Position numbers and translations under genes: made by a program | Shown: positions 52,779 to 62,694 of the stretch, piece after piece | Position numbering within the stretch: position 1 is the first letter of the stretch | Layout: each line of letters starts with the position of its first letter | Notes under the pieces: model-generated | Seen by the model: the letters and a program-made list of their open reading frames with translations, nothing else | Database searches by the model: none | Told to the model about the DNA's origin: nothing | Assembly: GCA_016744515.1 (NCBI GenBank) | Contig: JADGEF010000001.1 | Coordinates: 49,050-113,049 of the forward strand | From: Marinifilaceae bacterium | GTDB lineage: Bacteria > Bacteroidota > Bacteroidia > Bacteroidales > Marinifilaceae | Direction of reading: 5' to 3' | DNA: 64,000 nt

Positions 52779-54281
52779 ATGAAACAATTGAGAATTATTA
52801 CGAGTATTCTGGTTTTATTGGTAACTACTCAATCGGTAGTGAAGTCGCAAGATCTTACTATTTTGAAGCTAGACTTGGAAGCAAGTATCAATATTGCAAA
52901 AGAGAAAAGTTATTCTATGTTAGTGTTGAAAGAAAGCATGAATGCGGCTAAGTATCAGTTAAAGGCTGCCAATAGTTCATTCAAGACCCATATGAATATG
53001 GACATTACAGCTCCTAATTATTCTGAATCCATAGTCGATTTTCAGGATACTAAAGGAATGACTTATTTCTCTAATAAGCAATTGTCTTATTCTGGAAATA
53101 TCACAATTGATCAGCCATTACCTACCGATGGACGCTTATTTATCCGATCGAGCATGTATAATACGGATGATTACGATCAGGACGAGAAGTTTTTAAAGCT
53201 ACAAACACGTATTGGTTTAATCCAGCCAATTCAATCTCTTTATGCATATAATTCAATCAGATCCGAATACGAAAAAGCACGATTGAATTATGATTTGACA
53301 AATAAGCGATTAAAAAGAAACGAATTGGATCTAATTTACCGAGTAAGTAAAGCATTCTACGATTTACATTCTTCTAAAGAGCGTTTAAGTATTACTAAGA
53401 CATCAATGGAGAGGTTGTCCGAAGCTTATGAAATTGCACAAAATAAATTTAAAGCTGGTCTAATACGAGAAGTAGAGGCACTTCAGATGGAGGTGGATTT
53501 GGGAGAAGCTCAAAACTCATACGATTTGGCAAATGTTAATTATGGTTCGCAGCTAAATGTATTTAAACAGGTACTTGGATTATCACTTTCCGAAAAAATA
53601 GAATTGGAAGGTGATTTTAATTACGCTCCTGTTCAAATCGATGTGAAAAAAGCAATTAAAATGGCATTGGAGAATCGTTTGGAGTTAAAAGAACAGCAAC
53701 TTCAAATTGATTTAACCAACATAGAATTGAAGAGGGTGAAATCGAGAGGAACCATATCTGGTAATTTGGAAGCTTACTATGATTTTGTGGGTATACAGCA
53801 GTATGATATCAACAAAAGTTTAGGTGGTGCTATTAGCGGAAGTTGGAATGCCTTGAAAGATCGTCCAGCAAATTTTGGAGTTTTATTAAAGCTAAAGATT
53901 CCAATTTTAGACTGGGGTGAAAATAGATCACGAGTAAAAGCCGTAGAATCTCGTATTAAGCAAAGTTTATATCAACAGGAAGAGCAAACAGTCGAGATTG
54001 AAAGTCAGGTGATGAGAACAGTTAATGAGCTTCACAGTACTTTAAGAAGATTAGAATTATTAAAAAAGAATAGAGTAATAGCCGAAAAAAGTTTTGCCAT
54101 CTCTCAAAGCAGGTTCTCGAATGGAGATATCGATAGTCAAACATTGGCCTTGGATCGAGAAAGGTTAGATAAAACAAATGAATCGCACTTAGCGGCATTC
54201 ATCGCTTACAAATTAAAATTAGCTGATTTAATGCGCAAAACCTTCTACGATTTTGAGAAAAATCAGCCAATTGTTTATTAG
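52779..54281 (+). CDS. TolC family outer membrane protein
   Basis: Signal peptide, KFKAGLIREVEALQMEV, LKIPILDWG, RFSNGDIDSQ; ends the ABC operon. Confidence 0.92.
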   Translation: MKQLRIITSILVLLVTTQSVVKSQDLTILKLDLEASINIAKEKSYSMLVLKESMNAAKYQLKAANSSFKTHMNMDITAPNYSESIVDFQDTKGMTYFSNKQLSYSGNITIDQPLPTDGRLFIRSSMYNTDDYDQDEKFLKLQTRIGLIQPIQSLYAYNSIRSEYEKARLNYDLTNKRLKRNELDLIYRVSKAFYDLHSSKERLSITKTSMERLSEAYEIAQNKFKAGLIREVEALQMEVDLGEAQNSYDLANVNYGSQLNVFKQVLGLSLSEKIELEGDFNYAPVQIDVKKAIKMALENRLELKEQQLQIDLTNIELKRVKSRGTISGNLEAYYDFVGIQQYDINKSLGGAISGSWNALKDRPANFGVLLKLKIPILDWGENRSRVKAVESRIKQSLYQQEEQTVEIESQVMRTVNELHSTLRRLELLKKNRVIAEKSFAISQSRFSNGDIDSQTLALDRERLDKTNESHLAAFIAYKLKLADLMRKTFYDFEKNQPIVY

Positions 54282-54339
54282 TCACCCCAACATTCATGTT
54301 GGGCAGTTCCTGCCACACGAACGCTTAGTTGTTATGGAC
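54282..54339 (-). repeat. attC-like element, short type, left arm only
   Basis: Minus strand GTCCATAAC-AACTA-AGCGTTCGTGTGGCAGGAACTGCCCAACATGAA; the upstream stop codon lies in the TAAC; truncated at the tolC stop. Confidence 0.85.
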
Positions 54340-54685
54340 AGTTTAGAAGTAATCCTGTTCCAAAAGAAATCATATTACAAGTCAATGAGCATAATAATGA
54401 AATCATATATTTTGTCCTAAGCATTGCTGAAATAATAATTGATTCAATTAACACTGCAAAAGATTCTCCAATTATTATATACCAAATTTTTTGGTTAATA
54501 TAGCTTGGAATGATAAACCATAAATAAGGTAATGTTGCAAAGCTTGCAACGAATCCAGTAACTAATAAACTAGAAATAGTTATTTTCTCTGACCTAACAA
54601 CAAATCGAAAGAATATTACTATTACAATAGTCTCAATTAAGATAGTCAATGCCAGACTTTGGAAAAATTGCAACCTATAATCCAT
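54332..54685 (-). CDS. Small integral membrane protein of unknown function
   Basis: 117 aa, 3-4 hydrophobic segments, ATLPYLWF and ESFAVLIES motifs; 3 bp from the upstream gene. Confidence 0.75.
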   Translation of the reverse strand: MDYRLQFFQSLALTILIETIVIVIFFRFVVRSEKITISSLLVTGFVASFATLPYLWFIIPSYINQKIWYIIIGESFAVLIESIIISAMLRTKYMISLLCSLTCNMISFGTGLLLNCP

Positions 54686-54688
54686 ATG

Positions 54689-55735
54689 TTAAATTTTTAT
54701 TGTTTTAAATCTTTTGTTCGAAGTTAATACTACAAATAATACAATTGTGGCCAGCAAGGTGATAGAAAATACCACGAAATCATTTTTAAGCCACATGTCA
54801 TTACCAATAATTGTTGGTAATGAACCTATAAAAAGAGCAGCTGTGGTCAATCCAAATGACAAGCCTCTATTTTGGGGCATAACTCTCAAAATCGCAATTA
54901 ATGTAACGGGCATTGTGAAATTAAAAACAAAGGCTCCTAATATAGCAAGAAGTGGTATTGATGAATAAAAAGCAAGTAGCGGTACTGAGAGTAACAAGCC
55001 TCCAATACCTATTTTTATTAATCCATATTTATCAGCCAGAATACCACCAAAGACTTTGCCCAGTGCTAATGCTGCAATTAAAATCATAAACAAATATTGA
55101 TTTTCTTTCCAGGGAAATTCAATCGATAGACCAATTAAAGAACGAACAGCTATCGGAATCATGATTAACGCAACAATTAAGACACTGTAATTAGGCATCC
55201 TTTTTCTTTCAACTGTTCGGTTGAAGTTTGGTGTCTTAATAAAGTATAAAATAGAACTAAGAACCAATAATATAAATGGAAAAAGGATGAGATTTATTTC
55301 AACCCTTGAGATCGATAAAAAAGAGCTTAAGGCTAAACCTATTCCTCCAGGAGCGACATAAATTCCCGAAAAAGTAGCTTTCTTTTCTTTTAACGACAAT
55401 ATAAGACTCCCTCCACCAACATGAAATAGGGCATTTCCTATGCTAACAATAATTAAAGCAGTATATATTTTACTCCAGAATAAAAACGACAAAGCGATAA
55501 AAAGTAAACCAACAATTGCTGCTAGTTTGGGATTGAGAGCTTTGTCAATTAAGTAACCGAATGGAGCTTGTAAAACAAATGCAATTCCATTATAAAGCAA
55601 CATGAATAAAATAATATTGCCACTAAATTCAAGAATTCCAAAGAATAAGAATGCACAAGCAGCATCTACTAGTAAATGTGCAATAGCGTATGTTGTAATG
55701 AAAGGTGTAATCTGCGAAAACTTATCTGAATACAT
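54689..55735 (-). CDS. MFS-like membrane transporter
   Basis: About 10-11 TM segments, AHLLVDA, GNALFHVGG, GGILADKYG. Confidence 0.75.
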   Translation of the reverse strand: MYSDKFSQITPFITTYAIAHLLVDAACAFLFFGILEFSGNIILFMLLYNGIAFVLQAPFGYLIDKALNPKLAAIVGLLFIALSFLFWSKIYTALIIVSIGNALFHVGGGSLILSLKEKKATFSGIYVAPGGIGLALSSFLSISRVEINLILFPFILLVLSSILYFIKTPNFNRTVERKRMPNYSVLIVALIMIPIAVRSLIGLSIEFPWKENQYLFMILIAALALGKVFGGILADKYGLIKIGIGGLLLSVPLLAFYSSIPLLAILGAFVFNFTMPVTLIAILRVMPQNRGLSFGLTTAALFIGSLPTIIGNDMWLKNDFVVFSITLLATIVLFVVLTSNKRFKTIKI

Positions 55736-56280
55736 TAATTAAAAGTTTGGTGCAGTTTCGATAAATCGCCCTCATAATCATAATTTTTAACTAGGTCGGC
55801 TTTCTTTTCCCAATATTTAAAAACCTGTTTTGTTTTGTGCAAAATCATTGTAGTATCATTAAATCCTACAATTTCATAAGTGTGTTCTACCTCTCGTATC
55901 CCTTTCAAAGCAGTTTTGTCGTAGTCTGATAGTATGGTAATATTCGAACTTATCACATTTTTCTTATTTTCCCAGTCAATATCTTTATCATCTCGATTTT
56001 TCAGATATTCTTTTTTTACGGCAAAGAGTTCCGCTGAACAATGTATATGTTTCATAATTACACCATTTCTTTCTTGGTAAACTCTTGTAAAGCCCATATG
56101 TGCGTATTGAGGTAAATCTTCATCTTTAAATACCGCAAATACAGTTATATCAGGATAATCAGTCAGGTTTATTATTCTATGCTTATTGACAGTACCTGTT
56201 TTAGAAATTATGATATCACCTTGCGTATTAATAGTCAGAATTGTTAACACTAGTAAAATTGAATACTTTAAACTTTTCAT
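55735..56280 (-). CDS. Secreted protein of unknown function
   Basis: Signal peptide MKSLKYSILLVLTILTINTQG; stop overlaps the next start codon. Confidence 0.75.
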   Translation of the reverse strand: MKSLKYSILLVLTILTINTQGDIIISKTGTVNKHRIINLTDYPDITVFAVFKDEDLPQYAHMGFTRVYQERNGVIMKHIHCSAELFAVKKEYLKNRDDKDIDWENKKNVISSNITILSDYDKTALKGIREVEHTYEIVGFNDTTMILHKTKQVFKYWEKKADLVKNYDYEGDLSKLHQTFN

Positions 56281-56319
56281 GTCTTTTTATTTTATTAGAA
56301 GTTCATTCATTTAAATTGG

Positions 56320-56481
56320 ACATAACGTAAAAGTGTTTTATCCTTTCGTTTGTCGAAGTTAACAAAAAAATAGAATTCAGGTTTATCTACATTCCCATAA
56401 ACTAACAATTCTCTTAACGCTTACCTCAACCCACCGTTCATGTTGGGCAGTTCCTGCCACACGAACGCTTAGCTCTTACGC
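56320..56481 (-). repeat. attC-like element, short type (162 bp), complete; left AAC reads AAG
   Basis: Minus strand GCGTAAG-AGCTA-AGCGTTCG ... AAAACACT-TTTAC-GTTATGT; the next ATG is 40 bp downstream. Confidence 0.85.
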
Positions 56482-56690
56482 CAGTATAATTTTCTACCTA
56501 ATCAATAAATTTGAGTTATTCTAAGCTAAACAAAAGCGTTGAGTAGGGTAAGTTTTACTAATCGTTGTTGTTTGTACTACAAAAACATCTATAAAATCAG
56601 CTTTCCCCAACTTCATAACTTCTATATAACCAATGTTTACCAGCGTTCTTTCGTGTTATAGTCTTATTGCTGGAAGATGGTAAGACGGTA

Positions 56691-57503
56691 TTAAACAAGT
56701 TCGTTATTATAATATTTTCCATATAAATCATTACGACTATGATTATTAAACCATGCCATTTTTGATTTTCGAATGTTATCTAATTGCTCATTATCGATAG
56801 TACATACACTTATGCCGTTTTCTAAAGATTTTGATATGATTTTTCCCTTAGGATCAATAATAATACTTAAACCAGGAATAAGTGTTCCTTTATCGGATAC
56901 ACTATTTAAATTACAGGCCATCACATAACAGGAATTATCGTAAGCCCGTGCACATAAAAATCGCTCAAATCTAGCAAGTTTTACTATAGATTCTTCTTTT
57001 GGTGATGCAAAGGAATAAGTTAATATAGTAGCGTTTAGATTTGCTTGTATAGCACTTATTATCGGAAAATGAGATTCATAACATAATTGCATTCCCATAA
57101 CTTGCTGTCCCAAACTAGAAACAGCAATTTCATCTCCAGCTGCAAAAGTATCCATTTCTGTTGGTCCTAAATGTGTTTTACGATGGATACCTACAATTTC
57201 TCCCTTCTCAAACATTATTTGCGATATATAAATTTTCATATTTATCTGTTCTGGAAAACCTACCGCAAAAGCAATATTAAAACTTAAGGAAGCTTTCTTT
57301 AAACAATTAAAAATATGTTCCTTTCTATGATTAGCAGCCTTAATTACTTCAATATCTTTAGTGTAAGCTGTCAGATTCATTTCAGGGAAAAGTACAAAAT
57401 CAACGTCTTGAACACTTAGTTTAGTGAGCCATTTAATAGTTTCTTTTATATTGAAGTTAAAATCCCCAACAATAGACTTTATAGGCACTGCAGCAACTTT
57501 CAT
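56691..57503 (-). CDS. Carbon-nitrogen hydrolase (nitrilase family)
   Basis: Glu-Lys-Cys triad in LFPEM, HRKTHL and LCYESHFP. Confidence 0.92.
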   Translation of the reverse strand: MKVAAVPIKSIVGDFNFNIKETIKWLTKLSVQDVDFVLFPEMNLTAYTKDIEVIKAANHRKEHIFNCLKKASLSFNIAFAVGFPEQINMKIYISQIMFEKGEIVGIHRKTHLGPTEMDTFAAGDEIAVSSLGQQVMGMQLCYESHFPIISAIQANLNATILTYSFASPKEESIVKLARFERFLCARAYDNSCYVMACNLNSVSDKGTLIPGLSIIIDPKGKIISKSLENGISVCTIDNEQLDNIRKSKMAWFNNHSRNDLYGKYYNNELV

Positions 57504-57662
57504 TTAATTTTCTGTTAGTTTTGACTTGTTCTATTGTTTTAAACAATTTCTACTTTCTGATTTTCTTAAAGATATATAAATTAGATTTCTTTATTAGATT
57601 CGTATCTTTTTGAGCAAACCAATTGTATTGGCTTGCTGGTGTTTGTTAATTGCACTAAACTT

Positions 57663-57998
57663 TATGCTCAAGCCATACTGCTCCAATATGTTGTATACAA
57701 CCAAGGCAGCTTCTTTTAGTTCAGCAATGGGAATATAGACATAGCCCTCTACCAACTTAAACAAAGCTTTAATTGCTGTATCGCGAACAAGATCTTTCTC
57801 TGCCATCTGAGAGTAAACCTTCAATCGTTTTAATGCCTCAATTAATGAGGTATTAGTAGCGCTTGTCTTTTTTATTATGGGAGAGAGATAGGTGTCTGCA
57901 CTCCAATCAATCTTCGCAAATGCTTTTAGAATAAGAGTTAATAATGCACTAACATCGCCATTGCGACTACTTGGTGTAATTTTTTAAATCAATGCCAT
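57663..57998 (-). pseudogene. Near-identical truncated copy of the DUF6261-like gene
   Basis: Matches 43840-44175; codon 5 AAA changed to TAA; homology stops after YGLSI. Confidence 0.92.
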
Positions 57999-58089
57999 TC
58001 TTAGTTTTTTTTAAGGATTAATATTTATTAATTATTCAAAAAATCTTTTTTTACTTTACCTGTATTGATTATTCAAAATGTCATTTTAT

Positions 58090-58173
58090 GCTTTGTCATT
58101 ATTGATATTGGGTGAAAAACCAATATTTCATACTTTACCTGTTTAGGCATTGATCAAAATACCAGTTTTTCAT
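58090..58173. repeat. Single core unit plus variant unit of the 42-bp repeat
   Basis: GCTTTGTCATTATTGATATTGGGTGAAAAACCAATATTTCAT followed by the same variant unit as at 44475. Confidence 0.9.
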
Positions 58174-58321
58174 ATTCCACAGATCTTCTCAAATTAAAAT
58201 GACCTAAGTTAAGAGTAAGCTGTAGCAGATGAATACACTGAAATAGTTTGCGAGTAATTTACTCGCAAGCTTATTAACATGTTTGTGGTCTTAGCTTAAG
58301 ATAGTGGAATGAATAGGTATC

Positions 58322-58365
58322 AAAAAAAGCGTAAAATTACGTGTTACTGTGAGATTACGCTTTTT
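58322..58365 (-). terminator. Intrinsic terminator after PBP1A
   Basis: AAAAAGCGTAA ... TTACGCTTTTT. Confidence 0.65.
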
Positions 58366-58371
58366 AAAGTC

Positions 58372-60783
58372 TTATTTATCTTTGTTTTTTCTGCTAAATA
58401 TCGATTTTATTTTATCGTAAATCGATTTCTTATTTTTCTTTCGTTTAGCCCGACGTTCCTTTAGTTTCATTCTGTCCTCATTCTTATTGTCTATACCTAA
58501 GAGTCTTTCAAAGAACCCAGCTCTAGGCGGCATGTAATGTGGAATATCTAATTGAGCTAAAGTTTCATTATCTGGTTTGAAAAAAGGAGCAGAGCAATAG
58601 TTATGATACCTGCTGTTATTGTTGAGCTGATGCATGAATTTACCATATATGGGTAGAGCCATTGAAGCACCTTGCCCTAATGATAAAGAGCGGAAATGTA
58701 CTCTCATATCGTCAGCACCAACCCATGCTCCAGCAACTAAGTTCTGATTATATCCAATATACCAACCATCAGCCTGAGATTGTGTTGTTCCGGTTTTACC
58801 AGCAAATTCACCCTTTAAGCCGTAAACTGTTCTCAAAGATTTAGCCGTTCCACTATCTACAACCGCAGTTAGCATGTGATTAATTATATCAGCATTTTCA
58901 GGAGATAAACTTGTGTCAAATTCTGTATCTAATGGATTTAAGTCTACAATAACTTCACCTTTGTTAGTCTCAATTCGAGATATATAATAAGGTTCTACTT
59001 TTTTTCCTCTATTAGCAAAGTCGGCATAAACCTGAATCATCTCTAAAAGCGAAATATTAGCTGTGCCTAAAGCTAATGAAGGTACATTTGGTAGCGGCGA
59101 GGTAATACCCATTTCTTTAGCGAGATCGATGGTTGATTCGATACCTGTTTCCATAATAAGATCAACAGCAATCGTATTGACCGATTCTGCCAAAGCACCC
59201 TCCATACTGTAGCTGCCTTTATAATTATCATCGGCATTCTTAGGAGACCAATCTTGAAAATCAGAATAAACCTTTCGTTCATTCTTGTAGTATTCGTAAG
59301 GCGACATATTAGCTTCGAGAGCTGCTGCGTAAACTATAGGTTTGAAAATTGAACCCACTTGTCGTCTACCTGTAACATGATCGTATTGAAAATGCTTGAA
59401 ATCGATACCTCCAACCCAAGCTTTAATTTTGCCAGTGTTAGTTTCCATGGCAACAAAACCAGTGTTTAGAAGTTTTATGTAGTGCTTTATAGAATCGAGA
59501 GGACTCATTTTCACATTTTTATCACCATTCCAAGTGAAAATCTTCATGTCTCTTTTCTTCTTGAGAAGAGCATCTATTTCTTTCTTCTTTTTACCTTTTT
59601 TTATTAAGGATTTATAATAAGGTGATCGTTCTATAGCTGAGCTTAGAATTCCTTTATTATTGTCCCAAGGATTTTGTTTTCCCCAGTGTTTGTAAAATAA
59701 GTTCTGTAAGTTTTTCATATGAGATTTAACAGCATCCTCTGCATATTTCTGCATGCTATAATCAAGCGTACTTACAATTTTTAAACCGTCTCGGTAAATG
59801 TCATAATAGGAGCCATCAGCCTTTGTGTATTTTTTTAGAATGTTATCAGCCTCCAAGCGAATTCGTTCACGTAAGTATGGGGCAAGTCCTGAATGTGTAC
59901 TCTGTTTCTGATAGTTAATTTTTAAAACTTGTCGTTTAAGTTGCTCAGCCTTATTTTCAGAAATAAAGTTATTCTTAGCCATTTGTCCAATAACTACATT
60001 CCGTCGTTTTTTCGATCTTTCGGGGAATCTTCTAGGGTTGTAGTAGGATGGTGCTTTAAGCATACCAATAAGTACAGCACTTTCATCAAGTTTAAGCCGA
60101 TAAGCAGGTTTGCTAAAATATTGGCGAGAGGCACTTTCAATACCAAAAACCTGCTCTCCGAAAGGAACTGTATTTAGGTAGAGTTGAAGAATCTTCTTTT
60201 TAGAATAGATTTTCTCTAAACGCGAAGCTGTAATGGCTTCTTTAATTTTATTGACTGGCATAGAGAGTTTACCAAAATTCCTTCTAGGATAAAGGTTCTT
60301 TGCTAACTGTTGGCTAAGTGTACTTCCTCCACCAGAGCTTTTGTTGCCAAGTATTAGAGTTTTTACTAGAACTCGAATTAAGCTTATTTCGTCAATACCT
60401 TCATGGCTATAGAATCTTGAATCTTCAGTAGCAACTAGGGCATTTATTACATTGATAGGAATGGCACTAAAGTCTATGTTGGTACGATTCTCTGCGAAGA
60501 TACGCCCCATAATTTTTCCGTCCTCAGAGTAAACTTCCGAAGCATCTGCATTTTGAATCGTCTTTAAAGTATGATAGTCTGGTAGTTTACCCCATGCACC
60601 ATAATAGATACTTGCCAAGAATAAACTGAATAATGATCCAGCTATAAGAATACAGAAGAAGAAAAATCGAAATAGCCGAGTTTTAATTGTTCTCTTAGCC
60701 TTTCCCTTTTTTGCTCGTGATACTTTTCTTTTAGGAGAATTCTTTTTTCGGACTTTTATAGTCGTGTTTTTGCCTTTAGTCAT
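58372..60783 (-). CDS. Class A penicillin-binding protein (PBP1A-like transglycosylase/transpeptidase)
   Basis: EDSRFYSHEGID, GGSTLSQQLAKN, RQVGSIFKP (SxxK), ESVN, AGKTGTT. Confidence 0.95.
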   Translation of the reverse strand: MTKGKNTTIKVRKKNSPKRKVSRAKKGKAKRTIKTRLFRFFFFCILIAGSLFSLFLASIYYGAWGKLPDYHTLKTIQNADASEVYSEDGKIMGRIFAENRTNIDFSAIPINVINALVATEDSRFYSHEGIDEISLIRVLVKTLILGNKSSGGGSTLSQQLAKNLYPRRNFGKLSMPVNKIKEAITASRLEKIYSKKKILQLYLNTVPFGEQVFGIESASRQYFSKPAYRLKLDESAVLIGMLKAPSYYNPRRFPERSKKRRNVVIGQMAKNNFISENKAEQLKRQVLKINYQKQSTHSGLAPYLRERIRLEADNILKKYTKADGSYYDIYRDGLKIVSTLDYSMQKYAEDAVKSHMKNLQNLFYKHWGKQNPWDNNKGILSSAIERSPYYKSLIKKGKKKKEIDALLKKKRDMKIFTWNGDKNVKMSPLDSIKHYIKLLNTGFVAMETNTGKIKAWVGGIDFKHFQYDHVTGRRQVGSIFKPIVYAAALEANMSPYEYYKNERKVYSDFQDWSPKNADDNYKGSYSMEGALAESVNTIAVDLIMETGIESTIDLAKEMGITSPLPNVPSLALGTANISLLEMIQVYADFANRGKKVEPYYISRIETNKGEVIVDLNPLDTEFDTSLSPENADIINHMLTAVVDSGTAKSLRTVYGLKGEFAGKTGTTQSQADGWYIGYNQNLVAGAWVGADDMRVHFRSLSLGQGASMALPIYGKFMHQLNNNSRYHNYCSAPFFKPDNETLAQLDIPHYMPPRAGFFERLLGIDNKNEDRMKLKERRAKRKKNKKSIYDKIKSIFSRKNKDK

Positions 60784-60919
60784 TTATTTCTTTAGTTGTG
60801 GTTTCGGACTCAATTTACGGTGCACAAAAGCCAACCTAACTGAATCAATGCAGATAACGTTAAGTAAATAACTTTTATTGCTGAAAGTTTTAAAATTGAG
60901 TTTTAAGGTGAGGTCACCG

Positions 60920-60927
60920 CAAATATA
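60920..60927 (-). promoter_or_regulatory. -7 promoter box of the PBP1A gene
   Basis: TATATTTG on the minus strand. Confidence 0.45.
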
Positions 60928-61344
60928 AGTAAAACTTGTGAATTAGAATTCTGAAGTGTGTGTATTGAATGTGTTAAAAAAGGTTAGAGTCGATTTTATG
61001 ATTTTCTATATGTGTTGCATTGGAATTGTAGAATTTTAATTTCTTTTAATTCTTCAAGATTCATTCTTTTGCCATAATAGTTTTGTTTCGTGTGCATGAT
61101 AAAAGCCTTGTTTTATAGAGATTTGATCTATTCTAAATCTAAATGTCTGATTATTTGAAATTTAGAAAGCCTACGTGTAACTACTGTTTTTAGGCAAATT
61201 TATGCTTTTTTATGTTATTTTTATTGAGGGAATGTCTTATCTTCATAGCTGCTAATTGAGAAAAAATAGTCACTTTTGTGGCGAATATTGATAGATGGAT
61301 AAGTATCCGTAAAGAATCTTGTTATGAGATCTTTATAAGATAAA

Positions 61345-62694
61345 ATGTGGAGAATGACTGTAAAACAAATTATAATACTAATATTAACTCTGGTTGTTGT
61401 ATTGCTTGATACGCATACTAGCTCGTCTAAACGAGAAGAATTACATATACCTTACGATAGCAAGCTAGATCCAGTTTCGCATCGTATTTCAAACGAACTT
61501 TCATCATCAGATGCTACCAAACGGGCTGATTATAGAATTAATAGATTTCTAGAATATTGGCGTATTAATGGTGCATCAGTTGCTTTGGTAAAAGACGAGA
61601 AGCTTGTATTTGCAAAAGGTTACGGATACGCAGATACAGAAAAGAAAGAGAAGGTTGAGCCTGATCATTTGTTTCGTATTGCTAGTGTTTCAAAGCTGAT
61701 TACGGCTACTGCAATAATGAAACTTAAGGAAGAAGGTAAGTTGCAATTAAGCAATCGTGTTTTTGGAGAAGATGGAATCCTCAATTCAGAGAATTATCTA
61801 GCGATTAGAGATAAACGTGCGAAGAAAATTACCGTAGAGCAATTGCTAAGACATACAGCCGGTTTTACAAGTCGATATGGTGATCAGATGTTTTTGCCTA
61901 TAACGATTGCTGAAAAAATGGATGTTCCAGCCCCAGCAAGTGCTGAAACTATTATTGAATTTGCTCTTTCAAAACGTTTACATTTTACACCTGGAAGTAG
62001 AGGAAGTTATTCAAATTTAGGCTATGTAATTCTCGAGAAAGTTGTTGAAGCTGTATCAGGCAAGGATTACGAATCGTATGTACAAGAACACATCTTACAG
62101 CCTGCAGGTATATTCGATATGCATATTGGGCACAATTTGCGTGAAGATAAATTACCCAATGAAGTAAACTATTACGAACAATCAAACGCTATACTCGTTC
62201 CTGCTTTTGATGGTTCTGGTGGAAGGGTGTACCGTAGCAATGGTGGAAATAATATTGAGGCACTTGGAGGTGCTGGTGCTTGGATTGCTTCTGCAGCCGA
62301 ATTAATGAAATTCTATGTAGCCATTGATGGTAAAGACAAACAAGCTGATATACTATCTAAGAAAAGTATTGAATACATGACCAAGCCAAGCCGAAGAGGA
62401 TTCAGCCCGATTGGATGGAAAGGAACTCGATCGAATGGAACATGGTGGAGAACGGGTACTCTTGCAGGTAGTTCTGCTCTTTTAAAACAAAATCCTGATG
62501 GATCTACTTGGGTGATAATAACCAATACATCGTCGTGGAAAGGATCTGATTTCCCAAAGGAATTGAACAAGTTAATGAATCGTGTAATGCGCTCTGTTAA
62601 AAAATGGCCAGAGGCTGATTTGTTTAACTATTTTGAAGCTCAGCCAAATCAGCTTGCATTTGATGATATTTCTGATTTTTTAGAACGTAGCTAA
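61345..62694 (+). CDS. Serine hydrolase, beta-lactamase class C/AmpC-like family
   Basis: FRIASVSKLIT (SxxK), LLRHTAG, YSNLGY (YxN), WWRTGTLAG; N-terminal anchor. Confidence 0.9.
   Translation: MWRMTVKQIIILILTLVVVLLDTHTSSSKREELHIPYDSKLDPVSHRISNELSSSDATKRADYRINRFLEYWRINGASVALVKDEKLVFAKGYGYADTEKKEKVEPDHLFRIASVSKLITATAIMKLKEEGKLQLSNRVFGEDGILNSENYLAIRDKRAKKITVEQLLRHTAGFTSRYGDQMFLPITIAEKMDVPAPASAETIIEFALSKRLHFTPGSRGSYSNLGYVILEKVVEAVSGKDYESYVQEHILQPAGIFDMHIGHNLREDKLPNEVNYYEQSNAILVPAFDGSGGRVYRSNGGNNIEALGGAGAWIASAAELMKFYVAIDGKDKQADILSKKSIEYMTKPSRRGFSPIGWKGTRSNGTWWRTGTLAGSSALLKQNPDGSTWVIITNTSSWKGSDFPKELNKLMNRVMRSVKKWPEADLFNYFEAQPNQLAFDDISDFLERS

Noticed and set aside
61345-62694. Acquired AmpC resistance gene
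   Set aside because: Family-level motifs only, in a housekeeping context with no mobility signals; many such proteins are esterases or peptidases.
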